A program made the translations under genes and the position numbers. Source: Geosiphon pyriformis uo1 (lineage: Eukaryota; Fungi; Glomeromycota). From it: 64,000 nt of DNA. Position 1 is the stretch's first letter. Each line of letters begins with the position of its first letter. The notes beneath the pieces were generated by a model. The model was given only the letters and a program-made list of their open reading frames with translations, did no database searches and was not told the origin of the DNA. The DNA lies in NCBI GenBank assembly GCA_016748015.1, contig JAAOMT010000468.1:310001-374000 (forward strand). The letters run 5' to 3'. Below, piece by piece: positions 14,351 to 25,476 of the stretch.

Positions 14351-14368
14351 ATTTTATTATTATTAGAG

Positions 14369-14401
<33 letters not shown>
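14369..14401. repeat. Poly(A) tract, 33 nt
   Basis: Read directly. Confidence 0.9.
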
Positions 14402-14404
<3 letters not shown>

Positions 14405-15417
14405 ATTGTTAATATTAATTAATTTTAAAGATTAAAATTTATTTAAACATAAAATTATAAATTATGTAATTTTAAAAAAATATAATTAAAACATAATTAT
14501 AATTTTAATAATTTATTATATATAATAAAAAATAAAATTTTAATACAAAACAAAATTAAATTAATTATTATACTAAAGTTGTTAATAATTTAAATAAAAA
14601 TAAAAATTATAAATTATAATAATATTATAATATTATAAACATTTTTTTTTGTTATTTCTATATATATAATATATTTAAAAATTTTGTAAATTTTTTAATT
14701 TTTTAAATAAATTATCAAAATATTAATAAATTAATTTTATATTTATAATATATATTTTTTATTAAGCTATTTATAAAATAATTTTTTTAACAAGTTAATT
14801 TAATAATAATAAAAATAAAAAAAAACAAAACAAAAAAGCAAAAAAAAAGAATAAAAATAAAATAAAATAAAATTTTATTAATAATTATAATTAAAAATTA
14901 TTGGTTTAAAATAAATAATAAAATTTTATGTCTTTAATATTTATTAATAATTAATAAAATTATAAAGTATTAAATTGTTATAACAATGATTTTGATTTAT
15001 AAATTTGTTATAATATTTTTATTTGAAATAATAAGTGTTTTAATTTAAAAGTAAAAATAGTTTTTAAGTTTTTAGTTTTTTAATTGCTAATTATAATAAA
15101 TTATAAATATATATAAAAATACCAATCAAAAATAAATAAATAAATAATACATATAATGAAATTACATATGATAGTTTATAAATATATTTTAAACATAAAC
15201 AAAGAACTCAAAATTTTCATCTATTTCAAACTATTTTACAATAATAATAATAATAATAATAATTACTGATTTTGTTGATTTAATTAGATCAATCGCCAAC
15301 TCCGACTCTAAAAAGGTAGTTAAACCAAAAAAATTTGAATATTATAAATGAAAGGCTTACAATTTGTAGAAGATCCTGTTTTTGAGATTAATCGGCTTTT
15401 GTATCTTTACGGAAAAG

Positions 15418-16737
15418 TTAGTCTTGGGAAGTTTTAATATCACTTTGATAGGTCAAGTTATTTGTGTCTGGGTTTAAGAGTGGAAATGCTTTTTTTAAAT
15501 TTTTCGTTGTTCCCCATCCATTTTGATAACAAAGTCCAAGATTGATTTGTGCGTTTGTATTTCCCGCCTTCGCTGCTTTTGAGTAGAGTTCGAATGCTTT
15601 TTCTAAATCTTTCTCATTTTTCTTTGTTCCCCATCCATTTTGATAACACCATCCAAGGTTGTTTTGTGCATTTGTATTTCCCGCCTCTGCTGCTCTTAAG
15701 TAGTGTCTAAATCCTCTTTTCATATTTTTCGTTGTTCCACATCCATTTTGATAACACCATCCAATATTGTTTTGTGCATTCATATATCCCGCCTCTGCTG
15801 CTTTTGAGTAGAGTTCGAATGCTTTTTCCTCATTTTTCGTTACTACCCATCCATTTTGATAACACCATCCAAGATGGCTTTGTGCAATTGCATTTCCCGC
15901 CTCTGCTGCATTTAAATAAAGTGTAAATGCTTTTTCCTCATTTTTCGTTGTTCCCCATCCATTTTGATAGCACCGTCCAAGATTGTTTTGTGCACTTGGA
16001 TTTCCCGCCTCCGCTGCTTTTGAGTAGAATTCGAATGCTTTTTCCACATTTTTCGTTGTTCCCCATCCATTTTGATAGCACCGTCCAAGGTTGTTTTGTG
16101 CATTTATATTTCCCGCCTCTGCTGCCTTTGAGTAAAGTTCAAATCCTTTTTCCATATTTTTCGTTGTTCCACATCCATTTTGATAACACCATCCAAGACT
16201 GCATTGTGCAATTGTATTTCCCCCCTCTGCTGCTCTTAAGTAGAGTTCAAATGCATTTTTATCATTTTTCTTTGTTCCCCATCCATTTTGATAGCACCGT
16301 CCAAGGTTGTTTTGTGCACTTAAATTTCCCGCCTCCGCTGCTCTTGAGTAGAGACTGAATGCTTTTGCTCGATCTTGTGAAGTACAAATTCCATCAAGAT
16401 AACAATGGCCTAAGAAGAATTCTCCTAAAGGATCTTTTGCTTTCGCTGCTTTCTGAAATTTCAAAAAAGATTTTCTTAAACTAGGAATAGTTCCAATCCC
16501 ATGTTCTAAAGAAAAGCCGAGCAAAACATAGTCTATTGAAGCCTTTGGATTTTTATTTTTCAAATCATTGAAGAAGTCTTGAGGGTTTTTCTGATTGCGC
16601 ACAAGATATTTTTTCACCAAGTCAGCAATTTTTGAATATTCACTAGCTGGGAAAATGGATAAATTTTCTTTGATAATAATCAATGCTTCTTTATGCAAGT
16701 CAAGGGATGAATTTGGGTTTTCGATTGATGAAGACAT
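15418..16737 (-). CDS. Intronless Sel1-like repeat protein (~10 repeats, no kinase domain)
   Basis: 36-aa repeats AQNNLGxCYQNGWGTxKNxEKAFELYSKAAEAGN. The first ATG is at 16737; the ORF-track start at 16776 is TTG. Confidence 0.92.
   Translation of the reverse strand: MSSSIENPNSSLDLHKEALIIIKENLSIFPASEYSKIADLVKKYLVRNQKNPQDFFNDLKNKNPKASIDYVLLGFSLEHGIGTIPSLRKSFLKFQKAAKAKDPLGEFFLGHCYLDGICTSQDRAKAFSLYSRAAEAGNLSAQNNLGRCYQNGWGTKKNDKNAFELYLRAAEGGNTIAQCSLGWCYQNGCGTTKNMEKGFELYSKAAEAGNINAQNNLGRCYQNGWGTTKNVEKAFEFYSKAAEAGNPSAQNNLGRCYQNGWGTTKNEEKAFTLYLNAAEAGNAIAQSHLGWCYQNGWVVTKNEEKAFELYSKAAEAGYMNAQNNIGWCYQNGCGTTKNMKRGFRHYLRAAEAGNTNAQNNLGWCYQNGWGTKKNEKDLEKAFELYSKAAKAGNTNAQINLGLCYQNGWGTTKNLKKAFPLLNPDTNNLTYQSDIKTSQD
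15490..16345. repeat. Coding 108-bp tandem repeat array (Sel1 units)
   Basis: catccattttgata recurs at 108-bp spacing; one unit has a 9-bp insertion. Confidence 0.9.
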
Positions 16738-17600
16738 AATTTTGAAGGAATACAAGTGGGGACTATAAAACTCCAAATATTTTTTGTACAGGTAAAGAAA
16801 GATTTTTAAAGAGTTCGCTCTCTTAATAAATAAAGGATTTCAATCTATAATCACATCTCGAAAAGGCTAGGACTTTTGAAACGCTAGAAAGTTCTGAAAA
16901 TAGATGCTTACCTTATTCGCTTATTTACATTGCTTAAACGGATAGAGATCGTCACGAACTCAAAGGGGTAAGAAGGCTAACTACGCTTGTCTAAATGCAT
17001 AAAGTTGCAGATTGCAGGTTGCAGCTCATTGGGGAAAATTTCTTTTTTTAAATGAATAATGTTGTGGCTCATTACTAAATTTAATTACAAAGATTTTTTC
17101 GCGTGACAATCTAAACGTATAAGATTTCAGGTCACAGGTTGTACATTTCCAAATTTCTTTAACAAAAATTTTTCGCATAATAAATAAATACATACATAAA
17201 TAAATAAATAAATAGATGCATAATCTTGTTCTAAGGTTACAGGTAACTTTTAGCCGGTTCTAAAATATTTTTAGAATATATTTTGAATTAAGAATGATTT
17301 TAATAAATGAATATATATAAAAAAGAATCTGAATATACTGTAAATATATAAAATTGCAGTAAATATAATATATATATATACTTTTTGAATTTAACAAAAA
17401 AAAAAAACAATTATAAAATATTATACGAAGAATATATATATATATTATCTTTTGTAATGATCAAAATGATATTATAAAAATATGAAAATTTTTTTTTTGA
17501 TAAATAATAATAATAATTTACAAAATTCAATATAAATTTCAATATAAAAGAATTAAAAAATAATAGCAATTAAAAAAAATCTATTTTGTTCAATATTTTT

Positions 17601-17645
17601 ATTTTATTTTATTTAAAGAGTGCAGCCCAACCACTACCTAAAACT
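17601..17645 (-). mobile_element. Very short LINE 3'-tail fragment
   Basis: gagtgcagcccaaccactaccta matches gagtgaagcccaaccactatcta at 25365 and follows a T-rich tract. Confidence 0.6.
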
Positions 17646-19162
17646 TGTTCAATATTATATATATATTTACAATAAATATAAATAAATAAATAAATAAATA
17701 AATAAATGAAAAAATTAATTTAATTATGAATTAATTTTAATATATTGAACGTTTTTTAATAAATTAAATTAAAAAAAATTAAATTATATAATTAAAAATT
17801 AGTAATTGTTTATTAAATAACAAAATAAAGATAAAAATAAAAATAAAAATAAAAATATACTATTAACAATATAATCAAATTTATTTTTATAAAAAGATTT
17901 TTTTTTTTCTTAAAAATAAAATTTATTAGCAAAAGTGCTTTTTCCCATAATAACGAATATGGAATTTATAAAATCTATCATTGGGGGGGGGGGGGGGGCA
18001 TGAATTCATTACTTTAATAGATGATGAAAACTTCAAATTAACCTCATCCCACAAGTGTTCAATGAGATTTAAGTCTGGAGCTAATCAATGAACCTTAATA
18101 TTATTGTCCCCCAAACCATTTTGCAATTTGTTTGGGATCAAATAAAATCGTTTAAAGGTTCCCAATGAAATCATTTTTCGTCATTCAATATGATTTTAAA
18201 TAACCCCCCCCCCCCCCAGACTATAATGCCACTCATCAAAATTTTACTATTGGTTATACATGTGCTGGTTCCATAGGCTTCTTCCAACGGTACCTGCATC
18301 TGTCAGACCCGAAAATTAGAAATTTATTTTCTTCAGACCAGATTATCTTCAATAGTCCCAATTTTTCATCTTTTCGTGCAAAGTTAAGTTGTTGTTTCTG
18401 GTGTATTTTTTTTAGTTAAAAGGGTTTTTTTTTTTTTTTAAATTCATACTTGTAAACTATTTCGCCCGAGTGCTTTAAGAAGTCTTAACATTAACATTAA
18501 TTTATTATCAATTTTAATTTTTACTGCTGTTAAACATTCTCGAGTAGAAATAAAACTATTCATTACCTTTAGTTAAAATTCAGTTCTGTAAAAACTACCA
18601 GTTTTATTATTAAAAATTTTTTTATGCGTATTACCGTAGATCGTACTACACCTTCAAGAGAAGTAACTTTTTCGGTTAGAATATATCTTTAAATTTTAGT
18701 GACTATTCTATTTTAACTTCATAAAACGCGTTAATAATCTCGAATAGAATTTGTCACATGTCATTCTTTTCAATAAAAATATTATATTAAAATTTTTTAT
18801 AATTTACTTTCAAAAACTCAACAATTTTACAGGCCTCAACATTCAAATAAAGGTAAAACGTAACCAATTTTCAAGAACTCTTGGATCTTGAAACGCGTTT
18901 TCGTCTTCAGCATAAAAAAAAAAATTTGGTCAACTCTTGAAGAATATTGGTGAAAGATCAAACAACAATGCATTAGTCAATACTAAAAAGACATTTATCA
19001 TTTTATTTAATATGGGATAGATGTTTTATGTAATAAAACACCATATCTTAATTATAATTTTTAATGGATAGTGGATAATAATCCCAAGAAACCTTTTCTT
19101 CAGTGCTCCGGTTTTTCTTTAATCAATTTTCACCAGATACAACCTAGACTCAATACCAAGAC

Positions 19163-22100
19163 ATGAATAACGATTATGATGATTTTGACGATCTCGATGA
19201 TTCTACATCAATATTACATGAGACTTCCTCATTGATTTTTACAAAAGATAAAAAGTGTAGGGATCTTTTAAAATATCTATATTTTGTTGCGAATCTTTCT
19301 TTATCCAATCCATTTTTTTTTAGATGCTCTCCAAAACGATGATTTTCATCTGAAACCTGGTTTACCAGAACTATCATCAAAACCTTACGACGTGATACTT
19401 GAATCTTTACCACTACTTCCCTCTGATCGTCAGTTATTCACAGGGGAATCATCATCAAAGAGATTGAAGCAAACCCAAGATTTTTCTTCAATAAAAAGAC
19501 TAGCAGCAATGGGCAATTTTAATTTGGAATTTTCTAATGTGGAAGATATGGAAATTGAAACCAAGGAACAAACCAGCACTCTCGCTAGTCCTAAAGCTTC
19601 AGTTTGGGATACATTAATCAATAATTCCCAAGATCAGAAGGTATTATATCCAAATCGAAACCATATTCCTTATGTTTTTATCAATCTTGATTAACTCTTG
19701 ACTTTGTTTTATGAATTTGCCTCTAGGGAAAGATTTTAGCTTGGGAATTGACCGGAAAAAGCTTCTCCCAAGATTCAGATTCAAGATTTTTAAAATCTTC
19801 TTATCTGACAGAATCTAATCTTGCAACATATGAGGCTATTTTTCATAAGCATTTTAGTCATTCTTTCTCATCTGGATACACAGAAACTATTTTATCTTCA
19901 ATCACCTTAATTCAGGTAACTAATTTGATGATTTTTAAATAAATCTATTAATAAAAGATGTTCTTGTAATTTTATTTCAATGATGATGTTTGCTTTAAAC
20001 TTTATAGGATATCTTTTATCTTGTGATTGGGACATCTTCAAAAACTTTTTGTTATAATCAAGAGCAAAGAAAATTCTATATGACCTCATCCAATATTCGA
20101 ATAGAAGGGTCTAGCGTAAAAAGCTTACATGGGTGAGGTTTGGTTAACAAATTAATTTCATCTCTATCAAAAATGGCTTCTCGTGAAAACTTATCGAGGT
20201 CCATTTGAAATAGAGCTTTATCTAGGTTTCTGGCTTTCGGAACGCATATAAAACGCCTAGAGAACGTTGCATTTAAGTGTGAAAAAAATGGACCGTAAGA
20301 TTTTGATCATAGATCCCATACTTCTCTGTAACAAAGTAATAATCACTTTGTATATTATCGCTAAAATGCTTTTCCTTCCTTTTCTGGTTTGATGCAGTTT
20401 ATACGGTCTAACGGGGATAGCTTTTGGACGATCACTCTTTAGTTTTATCACTTTTTTGCGAAAAACAATCACTGAAATTAAAGAAAAATCTGAAGGATTG
20501 GAAAATATGGGTATTCTAAAATTTTACTATATACTCGAAGAATCGTCCTTGGTTTTGGAAAGGCTGGCCACATTTTGTTGTTGTGTCTGTATATTTAACC
20601 TTCAATTTGCATAAAATAAAACTTTTTATAATAAGAAATCAACTTACATGGCCTTTTTCAATTAGGATGAAGCAGACTCGAGATTAACAAATTTGACAGC
20701 AGGCGAAAAAGATCAACATAAAGAAGAGGGTTTTTATCTTCCTTTCGGGCCCGGCATCCTTTCCCAGCTATATAGGACTTCCCAAGAAATCGATTCATCC
20801 CAATCTAGTCTCCTTAAATCAGTGCTTTTTACCTTCCTCGCAGAATCTAGTTATCCTTATTTTCAAATGTTAAGCTTGTGGGTTGGGCTAAATTTATCCT
20901 CTTCACTGGAGGAATCAATTTTTATGGAGACTAGTCAACAAGACCTAGGAGATCCGTACGAAGAATTTTTCATCGCAAGACATGTTTCGAATGAAAGCTT
21001 GCTTCGTCGTGATGGTGACGGATTCTGGCAAGATGGAATTAGAGTGTGTTTTTTGGCATTAGGGGTTTTCCGTCATTTTTTGCTAATTTCTAATGTAAGA
21101 TTGGTTATTTAATAGATTAATCAAGCAAATCCTTTACCCGCTTTTATTTCTTCAGAGCTCGCTAATGAAATTCTTTACGCGGGGAAAACACTTATATTAT
21201 TACGAGATTGCCGTCCGAACCATCCTCTATGTTATGCATTTAATTTGGATTCTGGTACTAACAAAGGATCGAAAAATCGTGACTTGGGATGGGATGTTAA
21301 TTTAAACTGGATATTCACGCAAGGGGAAATCGATGAGTATGTTTTACTCTCTTGTCCAATTCTCTGATGAAATTTTGCTTTAAATATATTGTGGTGATTT
21401 TTCTAGCATGCATGCTGCCTTGCAAAATTATACGCGTGAAATGCGTACTGCTATTGTGGTCCAAAATGAGAGGCGAAGGGCAGGCACTGAGCGAATTCGG
21501 GTGCATTATCAAAAATCCTTGAAAGAGATTAAAAATCAGGTGTGTCTCCTACATTTTTTTTCTTTGCAGCATCCCTGCAAAATCTAATAAATAAACAAAA
21601 TTCAGGCAGATGCACGCGTGGCTTCTAGAAACGAGACACTTAGGAAGCAGACAAAAGAAGTTGAAGATAAAAAATTGGAATGGAAAAGGAGTGTAGAGGT
21701 AACAAATATCAATCCAATTATTATGAATATGTTCTCCCCCCCTCCCCCCCTCCCCCAAATCTAACAATTTTATGTTAAATAACCAGGAATTCTTAAGAGA
21801 TAGGAAAAATTCGAATAGTCAAAAGGGATACCAAAGTACGCCTTTATTGGAGGCTTCAATCTTCACATTGCCCGGGATTGATTTTTCTTCAACTCGAACT
21901 ATATCGAGTGATATCGAAAATGAAAAAGTTATATCAATGGAGCCAAAAGAAATGCAAAACGGGAAGTGGCATAAGAAAGCTGACTCACGAAACATTGATG
22001 AAAACTTCATTGCCTTACAGTCCTTAAATTTTGAAATTTCCCCTGGGGAACCGTTGATTCACCACGATTCTACCACTAGATTACTCCAACACTTACTCGT

Positions 22101-23742
22101 CTCTCAGTTATCAAGCTCAGGATACAAGGACTATGTTCTCCCATTGAGCGCCATCACCGATCTGGTAGTCGGGTATCCTCTTCGTTGCCAAAGTAGACTT
22201 ATAAATGCCTCAATATTGTCAATATTATTTCACGATTTGGATCTCCTGGCTCATTTGCAGGTCCTCCGCGATTTTATTCTTTTGGGCAACGGTAATTTTG
22301 TTTCAGGAATGACCAACGCTCTTTTCAATGATAATGTTGAATACAGTGAAGACTTTTTGGTCACCAAAAGTCAGTTTGCAGTTGGTGGTGTTGGTCTTAA
22401 GTTGAATAGTCGCCGAAGCTGGCCTCCAGATGGAATCGAATGGAGAATGGCCTTAAAATCAGTCATCGTCGAGACAATTTTATTGGAAAAGAAAAATATA
22501 GGAGATCTCATGGAGGAAGAATCTGAAAAAATAACTGTTGATCCTTGGGGTTTAGTGAAGAACCTCGACGATATGTTGATGTTTGAGATAAAAAATTATG
22601 AGATGGAGGAAGAAGGTTGTCAAGATCCGCAAGGTAAGTTTAATGCAAAGTCATGGACAAAATTTAAAACATTCAATCTTTTTGATATTCCTTTACTTTA
22701 TTTTTTCATTTTCTATTTATTAGCTTTAGAAGCATTGGATTTTCTATATCTCCACTATAAACCACCCTACCCGTTAAACGTTGTAATCACGGCACAAGCT
22801 TTAACAAAATACAATCGTTTGTTTACATTCCTATTACGCATACTCAGGCTTGATACTGTGGTCCGGCATATATATCGTCTTTCTCACAGTCGTTACCTGC
22901 TCGATGATGAGAAAGACCCACCAGGCCAAAAAATCCTCGTACAGAAATTTCGATTCGAGGCGCAACAATTTATGATTGCATTGCACGGTTATGTTTTTGA
23001 TGCTGCTATTTCATCCACATGGAAACTGTTTATGAAAAGACTTGGGAAAATTTCGAGGGAGGCAGAACTTAAATTATCTCATGAAAAGCAATCGAATAGT
23101 AGACGAACAAGCACTTCAGAGTCGGAAGCTGGCTTTGAATCAATGAATAGTGAGGATGATAATATCGATGAAACTCCTGATATCGAGGATCAGGATGATA
23201 TTTTCAATCAGAACGTCCAAGATATCCAGTCTTTACGCGCTTATCATGATCACATACTTGATCGTATGCTGATTCAATGCTTGCTCGAAAAGAAACAGGC
23301 ACCAATCATGAAATTACTCAATGGAATCTTGTCGGTAATTCTGCTATTTGCCCAAACATTACAAAATCGACGCGCTCGTATTTATGATGTCTCACAGCGC
23401 CAAGAACATTGGCATACAATTCAGACATTATATGAAAAATTTCGATTATACACAGCAATGCTCGTAAAAATATTGCTGGCATTAGAGGAAAAAGGTGGAG
23501 GGCGAATGGGTCTAGGGGTGAAGCGTGTTGGCAATAATGCTTTTAAGGGTAGGAGGGAATCAAATACTCAATTTTCTGCAAGTGGCAGTGAATTTAATTC
23601 TTATGACACAGGAAAATGGTATAACGATAAGGTTGATCATCAGTCCGGTGTCGGTGGATTTTTGCAAGAGCTATTGTTACGTTTGGATTTCAACGATTAT
23701 TATGCAAAAATTGTAACTAACGAGTTATCCAAGAGACCTTGA
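19163..23742 (+). CDS. Gamma-tubulin complex component, Spc97/Spc98 (GRIP) family, GCP6-like; multi-exon
   Basis: Spliced motifs GPGILSQLY, SYPYFQMLSLWVG, DPYEEFFI, LPAFISSELANEILYAGKTL, HLQVLRDFILLGNGNF, FLYLHYKPPYPLNVVIT..KYNRLFTFLL and HDHILDRM; long insert between GRIP1 and GRIP2. Start codon uncertain. Confidence 0.88.
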
Positions 23743-23909
23743 AAAGTGATTGGATGATCAAATTTTCCAAAATAAGTCAAATACGTCAAGAAAATTCATA
23801 CATCTTTTGAACTATAGGGTTATATTTAATTTCGATGATGGACCAAAGACATATCAAAAGCTAATCTCGAAATTTAACAATATTTGATAGAAAAGTTGAT
23901 TATTCTATG

Positions 23910-25017
23910 TTAATTCATCTTCAGCATATGGTTCCCCTCTAACATCAAAGAGTTTGAACATATGCGTTAAGCCCTCTCGAATCATGTTTACCTCCGTTAC
24001 ACCCACGTTATTTAGCTGAAAATTCAAGCGTAATCAGTGACAACAGATAATTTTTTGAGCACCCAAATAGCAAAATTATTATTTTGATAATTACCTCTCG
24101 ATGATGAATCTCAGAAGAAGTAACACTGGCTTTTACTTTCTCTTTTCTCACCACAATTATTTCTGCTAGTAACGTTTTGATTTTTTCCACCACCTTTTCA
24201 TCCACATTTAATTCCACCTCCCTGATAGCATTGAAAAATTATTAGCTCACATTTTAATATACAAATTACCTTATACTAGTAACATGGAAGATTATTTAGG
24301 ACTTTGGTAAATCTCAACTCATTTTTCTCTAGTACCTTTCCTTAAATAGCTTATATATCTGGAACCAGTGAATCGGAAGAAGGCCAGAAAAATTTTCCGG
24401 ATTGTTCCTTTCAAAATGTATTACTTTTTCCAAGTTATCTATGGTGTGCGATTTTGGAAATCAAAGGAATTAAAGACAGGGAAATTGTCCCTTTTAACAC
24501 AATAATGATTTCTACCAATTGAAAGCCATTCAGGCGTGATGATCCTGACAAGTCCAGCTTGAAACCATTTCAATGCAACCCAGAGTGGGACTTGGGTGCG
24601 CCTTAACGTCTCGAAAGGTCCATATGCGCGACCCTATGACAGAAAATACGCGTCACAATTTAGCAGCTCAAATTCTTTTTCTTTATGGTGGTGTGTCCGT
24701 ATCAATTTATTGGACGGGTTTCTGTACAAGATCATATCAGTATTTTACTATGAATAAATATTTGACGCTTTCGAAAAGATTTTGGAAGGCCATTCAAACC
24801 CATCTTAAAAAATTTCATAATAATCTTTCTTATCAAATTAAATTAACATGACGAATAAAGAAATGACAGCCAAATTTTCATGATCAATTACCCCAAGTAA
24901 AGTAAATCCAGGGATTTGTTCGCATGGAAGCACCGTAATAAGTTCATCAGTCGCTAAAAATTCTATATCATCTTCAGAAATGTAGTTAAAAATAATTTTA
25001 TTGGTTCTGTGAGTCAT
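23910..25017 (-). CDS. PSF2: GINS complex subunit Psf2 (divergent); ~5 exons
   Basis: Spliced: IEFLATDELITVLP...|GRAYGPFETLRRTQVPLWVALKW...ITPEWLSI|DNLEKVIHFERNNPENFSGLLPIHW...|...LLAEIIVVRKEKV...|LNNVGVTEVNMIRE. GT-AG introns. Mostly absent from the ORF track. Confidence 0.85.
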
Positions 25018-25476
25018 TTCTTTTTGAAGAATTTTAGAGAGTAACCAAGGATAATCGGGTTAAAAAGATATTTTATTATCAAATATTTTAATTAAATTGG
25101 TTGTTGATCGTAGTATAAGGTCGTCATATCAGATATCATTATCCTTATTAATATTTTGATGGTTTGGATTTTGTAAAGTAGTTTTGCTTTTTAAAATTTT
25201 TAAAAAGAATAAAATTTTATTTCTAAATGATTTGAAAAAAAAAATTATATTATTATTTCCAATACAAATTCTTGATTTTTTTTTTGATTTAGTTTAAATT
25301 TAAAAGTAATTACCAGAATTTAATATATATACACTTAAATTTTTTTTTTTTATTAGCATTTAATGAGTGAAGCCCAACCACTATCTAGTACATAGAACCA
25401 AACTAAGTGGCTCAAACTAAACGCAACTCACACAATGACTACATGTGACTAGCCACTCAGGCCAGACTAGGCAACA

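Noticed and set aside
15490-16358. Regularly spaced repeats as a CRISPR-like array, and the plus-strand ORFs over them
   Set aside because: These are 108-bp coding Sel1 units with no unique spacers; the plus-strand ORFs are antisense shadows.
18726-18898. Two ACGCGT (MCB-like) boxes upstream of the GCP6-like gene, plus copies in Psf2 and ELYS first introns
   Set aside because: The hexamer also occurs in coding sequence at 21432, 21614 and 53046; the count is not clearly above chance.
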